IMG/VR virus record: IMGVR_UViG_3300037297_000066
Location: 186,001 to 250,000 of that record
Length of the DNA stretch: 64,000 nucleotides
Strand: one strand, 5' to 3'
Part shown: in pieces, positions 34,754-43,947 of the stretch
How the letters are laid out: each line of letters begins with the position of its first letter
Position numbering within the stretch: position 1 is the first letter of the stretch
The notes under the pieces: generated by a model
Told to the model about the DNA's origin: nothing
Database searches by the model: none
What the model saw: the letters and a program-made list of their open reading frames with translations, nothing else
Made by a program: the position numbers and the translations under genes

Positions 34754-35298
34754 CCTGCATCGCTGCTATTGCGGCAAATGGCGTAGTCTGGATGGGAGGG
34801 GATTCCCAAGGGACCTACGAGAACAGCAACTCCATCATTTCTCTCAAGACCCCCAAGGTTTTCCGGATAGGGCCTTACCTGGTTGGAAACTGCGGGACGC
34901 TTCTCGTCGGGAATTCGTTGCTGTACCACACGGAGTTGCCGGACCCTCCCAAGACGGGACTCATGCGATTCCTTTCTCACAAGGTGGTTCCCGTTTTCAG
35001 GAAGAGTCTTCAGGAAAGAGGGAATTCGTACGGCTTCCCTGGCACCACAGGCATTTTGCTAGGCGTTCTGGGAAAGCTGTTCATGATTGATGCGAACTCG
35101 CAGCACTACGAGGTTCGAGAAAGCTACCACGCCATTGGCACCGGGGAGGCCGTTGCTCGGGGATCCCTCCACACTTCGGCTTGCCTGTGTCCTAAAAAGA
35201 GCCCCAAGGTTCGTCTCAAGCTGGCTTTAGAAACGGCCGAGAAGTACAACAACAGTGTTCGGGGGCCCTTCGTCATCCTTCGAGGAGCGCATGTTTGA
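34750..35298 (+). CDS. HslV/proteasome-beta-like Ntn threonine peptidase
   Basis: N-terminal MTCIAA, GGDSQ, K, AIGTG..ARG. Confidence 0.8.
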   Translation: MTCIAAIAANGVVWMGGDSQGTYENSNSIISLKTPKVFRIGPYLVGNCGTLLVGNSLLYHTELPDPPKTGLMRFLSHKVVPVFRKSLQERGNSYGFPGTTGILLGVLGKLFMIDANSQHYEVRESYHAIGTGEAVARGSLHTSACLCPKKSPKVRLKLALETAEKYNNSVRGPFVILRGAHV

Positions 35299-35491
35299 GG
35301 GGGCCTCGCCGGCTGAGCTTGATCCCGAGGGGGTTTGGGAAGAGCCTCCCAAGCAGGTTTCCAACTATTCTCCGGTCCGGGACTGGGGACTTTGGGTGGT
35401 GGGACTGACGGTACCTGTGACGTTCTTGGTGTTGTGGACCCTATGGCACTTCTTTCCAGGGGTATGGGATTGGCTGCAGAGTCCCTTGTGA
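35291..35491 (+). CDS. Small membrane protein
   Basis: GAGGAG SD; TM. Confidence 0.7.
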   Translation: MFEGASPAELDPEGVWEEPPKQVSNYSPVRDWGLWVVGLTVPVTFLVLWTLWHFFPGVWDWLQSPL

Positions 35492-35519
35492 AGCCTTCCT
35501 AAGCCTTCCAGGGATGTGG

Positions 35520-35672
35520 GCCCAGGAAGAGAGGGGAACGCAACAGGGCCCCTCCTCGTCGGACTATGGTACTATGCCGGCGGGGTCCCCAGAGTACCCA
35601 GTCTTCAACTCCGAGAAATCCCCTTCTGGGGGCCCCGTTTCTTAGGCCGGCGTTCCGAATTCTCTTGTGGGC
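35520..35672 (+). ncRNA. Candidate structured RNA with stem related to 17409 and 28422
   Basis: GGCGGGGTCCCCAGAG/TTCTGGGGGCCCCGTT 16 bp with G-U; outer GGAACGC/GCGTTCC and GCCCA/TGGGC. Confidence 0.5.
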
Positions 35673-35693
35673 AACCTATCGGCAGAGGTTGTC

Positions 35694-36158
35694 ATGCAGA
35701 AGATCGCTGGTCCCCGAGAACTCCAGGCCGAGCTCCACCGACTCTTGGAGCAGGTGAAGACGAACCCCAACCGGGCAGAGCTGGCTCAGGAGCTGAGGAC
35801 CCTGGTGGCGAGGCTGGACAAGACGTCCAACTGGTGGACGACTGTCCTTTTCCGGGACAACAACAACACGTTCAACTTGACGGTAGCTGGAGGGATGACT
35901 CCCGGGGGGTGGTCATCCCTCGACTACGTGCTGGGCGAGTTGAACGGCCGCATCAAGAAGGCGATGAGTCAGACCCAGACGTATCTGGAGGGCCTGGGCT
36001 ACCAATTCCGCTCTGCTCCTCATCGAGTCATGGGAGACGACAAAAAGGAAAAGTACGTAGGGTGGGCTACCTACGGACTCAAGCCCCAGGATCGGGACCT
36101 GCAAGCGGACCTCAAGGCCAGTCCGGTGAAGGCGTACATCCGAGAAGGTGGGATGTAG
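35694..36158 (+). CDS. MQKIA-leader protein
   Basis: N-terminus shared with 23485. Confidence 0.8.
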   Translation: MQKIAGPRELQAELHRLLEQVKTNPNRAELAQELRTLVARLDKTSNWWTTVLFRDNNNTFNLTVAGGMTPGGWSSLDYVLGELNGRIKKAMSQTQTYLEGLGYQFRSAPHRVMGDDKKEKYVGWATYGLKPQDRDLQADLKASPVKAYIREGGM

Positions 36159-36182
36159 ACCCTCCTGGGGGGATCACGGTGT

Positions 36183-36659
36183 CTAGCTGACAGGGATCGG
36201 CGGCAGGGTAGCCAGGAAGTTCCTGAGGGTTTTCTCAAACAAGTTGAGCTGCCCACTGAGCCAGAGAACCTGCTTGGCGATCATGTCGTAGTCGCCCTCC
36301 TGGTTAAGGCGCAGCATGACTCCTGCTTGCATCTCACGCTCGAAGGGACGGGGGCTGCCCCTGCGGCAGGTGTAGCCGTAGACTAGAGCTAGCCCGTTCT
36401 CTTCAGGCTTCCCCTTGCAGTTGGTTCGTACACACAGGTAGACGTCATATTCTCCTGAGGGTGTGACATACTGAAGGTCCTTCAGAATGGGCCACTCCTT
36501 GGTCTTGATCTGGGCTGGCCATTCCTTGGTGAGGTAGACACAGATCTTTGGGAGCGCCTCGTATTCCTTGGGAGACTCAGGCCGTTTGGCTTTGGCCACA
36601 GCCTTCTGCAGGTTTTTCTTGGTGGGGGCCTTCTTGGCTCTTGTGTTGGTACGTGTCAT
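36183..36659 (-). CDS. Hypothetical protein, Lys-rich N-terminus
   Basis: Class-B start. Confidence 0.75.
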   Translation of the reverse strand: MTRTNTRAKKAPTKKNLQKAVAKAKRPESPKEYEALPKICVYLTKEWPAQIKTKEWPILKDLQYVTPSGEYDVYLCVRTNCKGKPEENGLALVYGYTCRRGSPRPFEREMQAGVMLRLNQEGDYDMIAKQVLWLSGQLNLFEKTLRNFLATLPPIPVS

Positions 36660-36698
36660 GCCGCTACCATACACCAACTCTCAGGACAGGAGCGTGGA

Positions 36699-37214
36699 AT
36701 GTTGGGAGTGGAGGCCCAGAAGGCTTACGACGTAGCATGCAAGTATGATCGCTCGATCAAGGCCACGGATCCCAGGCTGTGTCGGATGGTTATCATTCGG
36801 GACACTGATGAGATGACCAGCATGGTTTTCGATCGGGCTTTCGTTGTAGTCTACAAGGCACACTACCTGGTTTTCACGGAGCACCAGGGGTTTCATGTCT
36901 TCGACCGAAACACATACGACGTGTTGCAGCTGCTACGGAGAGTCATCCAGCCCCTGGACAATCAACGAGCGTTCGATGAGGATCCTCCAGGACCCTGGCC
37001 CGGAGAGATGTGCCGACGATGTGGGAAACGCAACACGGTAGGCTTCACGGTTTCTGACGAGCTCTGGACCAAGGTAGTTGGGGACCCCCACACAGTCAGG
37101 TGTTTGACCTGTTTTGACGAAGAGGCTCAGGAGAAGGGTGTACGGTACACAGGTCAGGACATTCTGGAGTTCTACCCTGTATCTTGGAGCGATTGGGAAG
37201 ATGATGACGCCTGA
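36699..37214 (+). CDS. Hypothetical protein with C-terminal CxxC..CxxC
   Basis: CRRCG..CLTC. Confidence 0.7.
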   Translation: MLGVEAQKAYDVACKYDRSIKATDPRLCRMVIIRDTDEMTSMVFDRAFVVVYKAHYLVFTEHQGFHVFDRNTYDVLQLLRRVIQPLDNQRAFDEDPPGPWPGEMCRRCGKRNTVGFTVSDELWTKVVGDPHTVRCLTCFDEEAQEKGVRYTGQDILEFYPVSWSDWEDDDA

Positions 37215-37491
37215 ACACACGAAGCAGTTGCTGAGAAACTATCGAAAGCTTTTGGCGAGGTATGGCGCTAACAAGCTCGCTCCGGATTCTCCTTCACTAA
37301 CAGGAGGCTACTACACCACAGTTCAGAAACTAGAACACATGGCTTGGATGTGCGAGGAAGCTTTGACGTTCGTCGATGAGAAGTTCGACAAAGCTCAGAG
37401 ATGGTTGGGGTTCATCCAGGGGATCCTGTGGGCCACCAACCTGAAGACCATCTCCAAGATGCGAGACGAGAGCCGGTCCCCTGAACTGTAG
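37201..37491 (+). CDS. Conserved phage protein
   Basis: HMAWMC..DKAQRWLGFIQG. Confidence 0.8.
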   Translation: MMTPEHTKQLLRNYRKLLARYGANKLAPDSPSLTGGYYTTVQKLEHMAWMCEEALTFVDEKFDKAQRWLGFIQGILWATNLKTISKMRDESRSPEL

Positions 37492-37499
37492 GATAAGCT

Positions 37500-38186
37500 A
37501 TGTCGAATCTGTACGATACGGTCAAGGAGCTCAAGAGCCGTTACCATAGCTTCGGAAAGGATGTGAATCTTGAGGAAGGCCCCACAACCGTAGAAGTTTC
37601 GACCTACGATCTCGCCCGGCTCTTTGCGGTTTTTGACGTTGAACCCCCTCCGATTCGGGAACCTTGGGAGGGCTCCCCTCTTCGGGAAGCTTCCGCTCGT
37701 CTCGCCCGAGCCATCACTCCTCTTCTGGACGGAACTCGGGGGCATTTAGATCTTTACGAGCTCCATAGAGCTCATGAGGCTTGTCTAGAAGCCTTGAAGA
37801 CGGATGCCGAGCTGGAACGCTTGTCAAAGACTCACCCGTCTGATGAGGACATCGATCTTGCTCGTATCGAGGGCGGTATTGTCACCCTTCAGCATATGAG
37901 TGAAGATCTAGAAGAGAAAAGAGGGTTGGGAGGTTTGGATATCTCGGACGTGTTCGAAAGCCTACGGGAAATGTACAAGGCTTTGAAGGCCCAGTTCGAC
38001 ATCCAGAATGGCGACCGAGAGAAGCGTGCTCAAGAAGTGCGGAAGGTATTGGACCTGCTGGGTTCATTGGGGGTAAGCAACCCCAACGTCGAGGCCGCCT
38101 TGTACACTCTGGCCAATGCGGGTCCGCCTCCTGGAAGAGAGACTCAGGCTACCTCAGCCAGTCTGGGCTTGAAGGACTCTGAGTGA
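37500..38186 (+). CDS. Hypothetical helical protein
   Basis: 228-aa ORF in operon. Confidence 0.75.
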   Translation: MSNLYDTVKELKSRYHSFGKDVNLEEGPTTVEVSTYDLARLFAVFDVEPPPIREPWEGSPLREASARLARAITPLLDGTRGHLDLYELHRAHEACLEALKTDAELERLSKTHPSDEDIDLARIEGGIVTLQHMSEDLEEKRGLGGLDISDVFESLREMYKALKAQFDIQNGDREKRAQEVRKVLDLLGSLGVSNPNVEAALYTLANAGPPPGRETQATSASLGLKDSE

Positions 38187-38518
38187 ACGAGATCCGTCTG
38201 TTTCCCTGGGAGTTAGATTCGATGGGAGAGTATTCTTGTACTCTCCCCTCATGCACGACTCTCTGGAAGATGTGGAAGTGTGACAAGAATGCCTACCGCA
38301 ACATTCCAGGAGAGAAGCGGTTGGAACCTCACTGGGTAGTGGGACAGTACGTTCCTCACCTTGGGGGTGATCCGAAACTAGTGAGCATCCGGTGGTTTGA
38401 AGTCAAGCTCAGGGAAGGGCCCAAGCCGCTTGGTTGGGTAGCCCCTGACTGGAGCAACCATCAACCACGTGCTCAGACGTTGCCCCACTCGAAATCGGAG
38501 TCTTCTTGTACCAACTGA
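38183..38518 (+). CDS. Phage hypothetical protein
   Basis: EYSCTLPS.T..KMWK. Confidence 0.75.
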   Translation: MNEIRLFPWELDSMGEYSCTLPSCTTLWKMWKCDKNAYRNIPGEKRLEPHWVVGQYVPHLGGDPKLVSIRWFEVKLREGPKPLGWVAPDWSNHQPRAQTLPHSKSESSCTN

Positions 38519-38724
38519 ACCTTGTAACCTTTACCGGTCCCCACTTCTGAGGCCGGAAAGTCTACAAGGCGTCCGATGCCTTTGACTTCCAGTAGGAGAT
38601 AAATACCGTACCCGCCATGAACGAAGACGGCCACGATTCGCCCAATCCTTCCTTGGAGATCGGACTTGGAGCTGGACTTGTCGAACCTGACTTTCCGGTT
38701 CAGTAGGTTGCTCTGCACTGACAT
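38473..38724 (-). CDS. Small SH3-like protein
   Basis: RKVRF..LQGRIGRIVAV; GGAGG SD. Confidence 0.7.
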   Translation of the reverse strand: MSVQSNLLNRKVRFDKSSSKSDLQGRIGRIVAVFVHGGYGIYLLLEVKGIGRLVDFPASEVGTGKGYKVQLVQEDSDFEWGNV

Positions 38725-39449
38725 GGCCCACCTTCCTTGCCGCTATTGTAGAGAACCGTGTAGATAGTGTTACCGGGAATCAGCTGGTAGAGACGCTGCC
38801 CTTTCTTGCCCTTGCTGACGTTGACTAGCCCGATCTGGACTAGTCCGGTGAGAGCTTTGAGGACATCGGTCCGGCTGTATTCAACACGCCCAGACCATGT
38901 GGTCTCATCCAAGATCTTCTTGAACGGAAGGGGTTCTTTTCGGTTCTTGAAAATAGCTACGTACACAGCGTAGGTCACTTGGGGGAGTCCTTCGGGAAGG
39001 GAGTGACACCAGTACAGATCCCTGTCGCTGAACCAGAATACAGTTCCAGGGCGTACTGTCCAGGGGCCTTCTCTACTTCCGACGCAGCACTTGGAAGCCG
39101 CTTCTTCGATGGTGTTTCGAGAGATTCGGGCTCCGAAGCGTCTCTCCAGTTCTGCCTGCAGGAAGGAGCAGCTGACGGGACTTCTACTATAGGCCGATCT
39201 TCCGTAGATGTCCGGTAGCTCGTTTCCTCCCCCTATGAGCATGGCGATGTGAACGAAGAGGGGGTAGCACATGGTTCCCGGGGAGAACCTATCAGGATAG
39301 AGCCTTTGTTCGGACTTCTCGGCCATCTCGTGGATGGTTAGTAGGTCGTGGTCCGGAAAATGGTTCTTCCAGAGCTCGACGGCCCGAGCGATAGGGAGGG
39401 ATTCTGGGGTAGAGGCGATGATCTTGGCAGCTTGCTGAAGTGTGAACAT
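38700..39449 (-). CDS. Protein with C-terminal winged helix
   Basis: DVLKALTGLVQIGLV..RLYQL; class-B start. Confidence 0.7.
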   Translation of the reverse strand: MFTLQQAAKIIASTPESLPIARAVELWKNHFPDHDLLTIHEMAEKSEQRLYPDRFSPGTMCYPLFVHIAMLIGGGNELPDIYGRSAYSRSPVSCSFLQAELERRFGARISRNTIEEAASKCCVGSREGPWTVRPGTVFWFSDRDLYWCHSLPEGLPQVTYAVYVAIFKNRKEPLPFKKILDETTWSGRVEYSRTDVLKALTGLVQIGLVNVSKGKKGQRLYQLIPGNTIYTVLYNSGKEGGPCQCRATY

Positions 39450-39527
39450 GCCTAACCATACACCGGTCGTCCGGGTCCCCGTTCCAGGTTTTGAGTTTCC
39501 AGGATCTTGCTATGATTTCGCAGGGGC

Positions 39528-40103
39528 ATGTCTCTCTCTACTCGGGTCGCTGCCAAATACGCTGCCAAGGTACAGCGGTCGGCAGTGATCAAGGCTGTCA
39601 AAGAAGCCTTCCTTCGGAGCGGGGGAAACACTCGACTCTTGCAGCAAGATCGAACCCCCGCTTCTATCCCTCTCCTGAGTTTCTGGTGGCCCGAGCGAGC
39701 GGGGTCCAATCTGGATTGGAGCCACTTCACCCAGTTGCTCCAGGCTGGCGGCCTGAAGATCAAAGAGAAGCGTCCCAATGCTGTGAAGGTCGAGTACCCT
39801 GAGCAAACCAAGCCTTCAAAGTCCCGAGGGTTACCTGAAGGCACAGCAGGGTATGTTTGGGCAGGGGTGTTGGCAGGAGCCTACCTGCACGGGAGCCCAA
39901 AGGAAGATCGTTCGGAGCTAAATCACGCTATTTGGGTGGATGCACGAGGTGACTGGCTTGGAGAGAAGACCGCCTGCAACAAGATCAGATTGGATCGGAT
40001 GGCTGACGTAGGCGGTCAGAAATCTCCGTTCTGTTCGGCTTGCGAGTCTAGGGTACGAAGACTCAAGCAGCCCCACCTCCCTAAGTTTGAGAACTTGATC
40101 TAG
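39528..40103 (+). CDS. Hypothetical protein, N-terminal LSTRVAAKY motif
   Basis: 191 aa; C-terminal H..C..CSAC. Confidence 0.75.
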   Translation: MSLSTRVAAKYAAKVQRSAVIKAVKEAFLRSGGNTRLLQQDRTPASIPLLSFWWPERAGSNLDWSHFTQLLQAGGLKIKEKRPNAVKVEYPEQTKPSKSRGLPEGTAGYVWAGVLAGAYLHGSPKEDRSELNHAIWVDARGDWLGEKTACNKIRLDRMADVGGQKSPFCSACESRVRRLKQPHLPKFENLI

Positions 40104-40107
40104 ATAG

Positions 40108-40206
40108 GCTTTGCCTCAAAAGGGGTGATTCTGGTTTGACAAGGCAAGCTTTTTCGGAAGAAATTAGGGAGAAGTAACGCCAGCTCTGCGGCTCACAAGC
40201 AGAGAC
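40108..40206 (-). repeat. Dispersed repeat D, copy 2
   Basis: Loop differs, stem CTCTGC/GCAGAG conserved. Confidence 0.9.
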
Positions 40207-40238
40207 ATCTAGACAGCTCTCACCAAGGAGAGGGGTCC

Positions 40239-40958
40239 TCATCTAGCAGAGGTATTCGAACACCTTTCCAGCATAAGCATGGCTTGTTTGGAAGGGGAGT
40301 ACTTACGAACGACTTCGGGCCACCCTTTTTCCAAGAGTGTGCTGGCAAGCTCAAATGCCAAGTACACGTCTATGGAGATTGAGATGGTACCGTCTGTGAC
40401 CAGGAAGGTATCTTTGCTTTCGGGCTGCAGTTCAATCGTCTTGTTGCCACTCCCGATAATTTTGCCTGAAAAAGGCCACTCTAGGGGAGCTCGTTCAGGA
40501 ATCATTGGGAGGGGGCCCCAGAGGACGTCTCGCTCGTCTTGAATGAGCACTGAATGTGGAGGAGTGTCTTTAGGGTCGTTCAAGACTCTCAGATTAGGGC
40601 CCCGGGGTCTCGTGTTATGGAAAGGATCGGGTATGTGTATGTCTGGAGTTACGTAGACAGTTCTTGTTCTTAGGTCCAGAGCTTCGATGAGAGCCACGTA
40701 AGTGCAGACACGGTCTACCAAAGCGGCTTCAAGTCCTTCTTCGTACAGACGAAGGGAGGTCACCCGAGTGGGTACCGGCCCTTCTTCACGAAGGGGTGAC
40801 AGGTAGCCCACCTTTTGATCCATGTGTGCTACTCGCCAGGGGAACCCACTTTGATCCAACAGTTTGGTCTTGAGAGGGATGACAGGGTTTTTGAAACAAA
40901 CGGCTACGCAGGGTTGGCAGCTTGTGATCTCAGTATCGATCTTGATCTTTGGAGCCAT
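40239..40958 (-). CDS. Hypothetical protein
   Basis: Class-B start (TATAGT). Confidence 0.75.
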   Translation of the reverse strand: MAPKIKIDTEITSCQPCVAVCFKNPVIPLKTKLLDQSGFPWRVAHMDQKVGYLSPLREEGPVPTRVTSLRLYEEGLEAALVDRVCTYVALIEALDLRTRTVYVTPDIHIPDPFHNTRPRGPNLRVLNDPKDTPPHSVLIQDERDVLWGPLPMIPERAPLEWPFSGKIIGSGNKTIELQPESKDTFLVTDGTISISIDVYLAFELASTLLEKGWPEVVRKYSPSKQAMLMLERCSNTSAR

Positions 40959-41018
40959 GTCGGTACTATACACCTACTCTGAAGGCCGAGGGGGTCTTTT
41001 GGTGTACGGTGGATTGCA

Positions 41019-41336
41019 ATGCCTAAACCCCCTGGTGAGTTGACGAACAAGGACGACATCTTCATCACAGTGAAGGTGTGCAAGAGGCCCGTTCCGTCCA
41101 GCCATGTGGTTGAGTTGACGGGCCTCCATTTGGGGACCGTCAACCGAAGACTCGGGGAACTGGTGAAGGAGGGGAAGCTTCTTCGGCAGTACCTTTACCC
41201 AGAGGGGAAGCATCGAGGAGAGTTCTACTACCGGCTGCCTGGGGTGGCTCCTTTGAAACTGCCGCCCAAGCAGTTCAACTGCAAGACCGTTCGAATCCGT
41301 CGAGCTAAAGGACTCTCTACCAAGGGGAACCGGTGA
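41019..41336 (+). CDS. Winged-helix DNA-binding protein
   Basis: VVELTGLHLGTVNRRLGELVKEGKL. Confidence 0.75.
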   Translation: MPKPPGELTNKDDIFITVKVCKRPVPSSHVVELTGLHLGTVNRRLGELVKEGKLLRQYLYPEGKHRGEFYYRLPGVAPLKLPPKQFNCKTVRIRRAKGLSTKGNR

Positions 41337-41758
41337 GTAACATTGTAAGGTTGCTGGGAGAAGGAGGTTCCCGAAAAGTCTACCTTCTCAGGTCAGGGAA
41401 TGTTTTGAAGATCGAGAAAGATGTTTGTATCGCAGACAACGATGTTGAAGCTCGGATCTACCAATTAGCAAGAGAGTTAGGACTGCAACATCGGTTAGCT
41501 CAATGCCACCTGCGTTCCGACGGACTCGTAATGGAGTACGTAGACACCACTGCGCAATGTTTGGGTAAAAAGCTTCCTGTGTGGACCAGGTTGATCGACA
41601 ACAACCAAGTGGGGTTCAACCGAAAGGGTGTGTTGGTGGCTTATGACTACACCAACCTTTTACCTCAGGAACCTGCCGTCTACTTTGACGGCTCTCGTTT
41701 CTCAGTAAAATCTGAGAAGGAAGCGTTGGAGGAAACCCTTCGTCTGATGCAGAAATAG
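41333..41758 (+). CDS. Minimal protein-kinase-like protein
   Basis: LGEGGSRKVY, VLK, N..E, LVMEY, NNQVG, YDY. Confidence 0.65.
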   Translation: MSNIVRLLGEGGSRKVYLLRSGNVLKIEKDVCIADNDVEARIYQLARELGLQHRLAQCHLRSDGLVMEYVDTTAQCLGKKLPVWTRLIDNNQVGFNRKGVLVAYDYTNLLPQEPAVYFDGSRFSVKSEKEALEETLRLMQK

Positions 41759-41807
41759 GCTTTTTTCGCTTGTTTAAGTGACCTACTTACTGGTATAGAG
41801 TTGATCA

Positions 41808-41932
41808 ATCGCTGGGTGGGGCAAGGTCCCATCCGTCAACCGTCGGAATCGACCGAATGGAGTGATGTGACAGGGAGAGTCACCTGGGGTGGTCCCGCCC
41901 AGAAAACACGGGACTCAATCACAGGTGGAATA
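41808..41932 (+). promoter_or_regulatory. Structured 5' leader with GGA-loop hairpins
   Basis: Hairpins GTCG-GAAT-CGAC and GTGAC-AGGGAGA-GTCAC among others. Confidence 0.4.
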
Positions 41933-42121
41933 ATGGACGAACTACCGACTGTCAATCTCCAGGAACTCGAACGTCTAGCAATTCAGCAAGCCCTCCGGCA
42001 AGTGGACGGTAATCGAGTAGCGGCCGCCAAGTTGCTGGGGATCGGAAGAGCCACTCTTTACCGGAAGCTGCAAGAACTGAGGAATTCCGGGATCAGTGTC
42101 GAGTCTAGTAGAGATGTCTGA
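41933..42121 (+). CDS. Stand-alone Fis-family HTH (HTH_8) protein
   Basis: LQELERLAIQQAL..GNRVAAAKLLGIGRATLYRKL. Confidence 0.9.
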   Translation: MDELPTVNLQELERLAIQQALRQVDGNRVAAAKLLGIGRATLYRKLQELRNSGISVESSRDV

Positions 42122-42467
42122 TCACACTTGTTCCAGCTTGGACGAATACCTGGCTGCTTTGAAAGCCCAAGTGGCTGCTCACGGAAAAGGGCAGTTGGAG
42201 GCGTTCGACCAACTGCACTGCCTCACAGTGGGGTTCAAGTCCCCCTCGGGCACGTGGTCTCTCCCCTTGGGAGCCCTCAAGCGAGCTTTCCAAACCGACA
42301 CGTGGAGAAGGAATACCGAGCTGGAAAACACGTACCGTAGAATGGGAGGAACAACTCCCTTGCAGACGATGACTCGTACCCCTCCAAGGGAAGAGCTCGT
42401 GTCCTCGTATCTTAAGCGTGTACGGGAAGCCATTGAAGACGGGGAGAAAGACTACCTAGCTCGGTAG
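42114..42467 (+). CDS. Hypothetical protein
   Basis: Overlap coupling. Confidence 0.7.
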   Translation: MSDHTCSSLDEYLAALKAQVAAHGKGQLEAFDQLHCLTVGFKSPSGTWSLPLGALKRAFQTDTWRRNTELENTYRRMGGTTPLQTMTRTPPREELVSSYLKRVREAIEDGEKDYLAR

Positions 42468-42487
42468 TCTCTTTCTACTTTCGCTGG

Positions 42488-42556
42488 AGTGCCTCTGGGA
42501 GGGAGGCCCCGCCTCGTTACCCAGTCCCCCCGCAGTCCCCTCCCAGAGGCACTTTT
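42488..42556 (+). terminator. 16-bp stem, long C-rich loop, T-tract
   Basis: AGTGCCTCTGGGAGGG/CCCTCCCAGAGGCACT-TTT. Confidence 0.7.
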
Positions 42557-42582
42557 CGACCGTGGCCGAATTGTATGGGGAG

Positions 42583-42611
42583 GGTTAAGATCTGGGCCCC
42601 TCGGGTGTAGT
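42583..42611 (+). promoter_or_regulatory. Class-A promoter 20 (ATT at the start position)
   Basis: Motif A; 5' part identical to copy 12. Confidence 0.65.
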
Positions 42612-42676
42612 GAGGGTATTGGCCAAGCCACTTTCGTAAGGCAGGCCAGATAGCCGGTGTACAGTCGAGGTGACCA

Positions 42677-42901
42677 GTGTCCGATCAAACCCAAGATCCC
42701 AACGACCTGATTGACGAGGCAGAGGAGAGTCTTCGAGAGTGCGTGAAGACTCTCAAAGCTCTTAGGAAGGCTGCTCCCAGTCTGGAACCCGTTCTTCGAG
42801 TTTACACGTTGGGGAATCTGGAAGCGTTTCTGGAGGAGCGGCAGCCAGGGTCGATCAGCGACCTTCGGGACCGTCTGGAGGAAGACGAATGCGACGCATA
42901 G
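42677..42901 (+). CDS. Hypothetical protein
   Basis: Class-B promoter plus GAGGTG SD. Confidence 0.7.
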   Translation: MSDQTQDPNDLIDEAEESLRECVKTLKALRKAAPSLEPVLRVYTLGNLEAFLEERQPGSISDLRDRLEEDECDA

Positions 42902-43122
42902 TCAAGAGCCGACCCACGAAGCAGAACATCTGGGTTCAACGGAGCAAGACCGGGATAAACAGCTTCGTCATCGTGGTTCAGAACCATAAGCACCTCCCGG
43001 GATCAATGATCGACGGGAAGTTCGTGAGCCGCCTGTCAGCGAACCAGAACCACGCCATCACCCGAGCCATCAAGGCAGAAGACTTCGCTCCTTGTTGGGC
43101 GATCCCCGCTAACACGAGGTAA
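42889..43122 (+). CDS. Hypothetical protein
   Basis: GGAGG SD. Confidence 0.6.
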   Translation: MRRIVKSRPTKQNIWVQRSKTGINSFVIVVQNHKHLPGSMIDGKFVSRLSANQNHAITRAIKAEDFAPCWAIPANTR

Positions 43123-43132
43123 CCAGGCAACC

Positions 43133-43501
43133 ATGAGCAAGAGAAGTCGAGTGAGGCGCATCCAGAAGTGGAGGGGGCACAGGGTTCGGTACGTGTGCGC
43201 TGGATGGGTGAAGAGTCTGAAGACGGCCAAACCCTTGCAGTTCGAGGCTACGGCTGTTCGCAACTACTCCTTGTACGGCCCCTCCGAAAACACAAACCGT
43301 TGGCGGGTTTCAATCTGCCATTCCAAGTTCCCTAGCATAGGGGGTTTCACAGTTTACGAAGGCGTCGAAGGTCTGGAGGCGGCCTTGGAAGCGGCCTACA
43401 AGGATCTCCAAAACAAACTCTGGAAGGAACGAGATCGACTGCATGAGGAGGAGCGTACTTTGCTTAAAGCTCTCAAGGACCTGCTCTGGGTCACCCCTTG
43501 A
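43133..43501 (+). CDS. Coiled-tail family protein
   Basis: KWRG..AALEAAY. Confidence 0.75.
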   Translation: MSKRSRVRRIQKWRGHRVRYVCAGWVKSLKTAKPLQFEATAVRNYSLYGPSENTNRWRVSICHSKFPSIGGFTVYEGVEGLEAALEAAYKDLQNKLWKERDRLHEEERTLLKALKDLLWVTP

Positions 43502-43513
43502 AAACCCGAGGTA

Positions 43514-43611
43514 GTCTCTGCCTTAAAACCGCAGAGATGGCGTTGTTTCTCCTCATTTCTTCCGAAAAAGCTTGCCTTGTCAAGCCAGAATCACCCCTTT
43601 TGAGGCAAAGC
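43514..43611 (+). repeat. Dispersed repeat D, copy 3 (inverted)
   Basis: Reverse complement of copies 1 and 2. Confidence 0.9.
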
Positions 43612-43625
43612 CCCCGAGGTACAAC

Positions 43626-43910
43626 ATGAAGATCGAACGAATTCTGTGGGAAAGAGTGGCAGTGGTGTGTTCCTGTAACCCCGAACACAACGAGGAGTTT
43701 TCGAACGCCACTGTCACAGTACAACCCCAGGTGAACGGCGTTGAGATTCGAGAAGAAGGGGTTTCCAGACAGGGGCGGTCCGCTTTGTACGCCAAAGCCA
43801 AACTGAAGGCCCTGACTTCGAACAGCCTGGTGTTCGAGGCATGCTGGTGGTCGGCGCCTGTCAAGGGAGAGGCGGTATTCGTCCCCGTGACGATCACAGC
43901 CACCTTCTAA
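43626..43910 (+). CDS. Hypothetical beta protein
   Basis: GAGGT SD. Confidence 0.7.
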   Translation: MKIERILWERVAVVCSCNPEHNEEFSNATVTVQPQVNGVEIREEGVSRQGRSALYAKAKLKALTSNSLVFEACWWSAPVKGEAVFVPVTITATF

Positions 43911-43947
43911 ACGATAGTGTTTTCTACCTCTCGCACATGATACTCCA

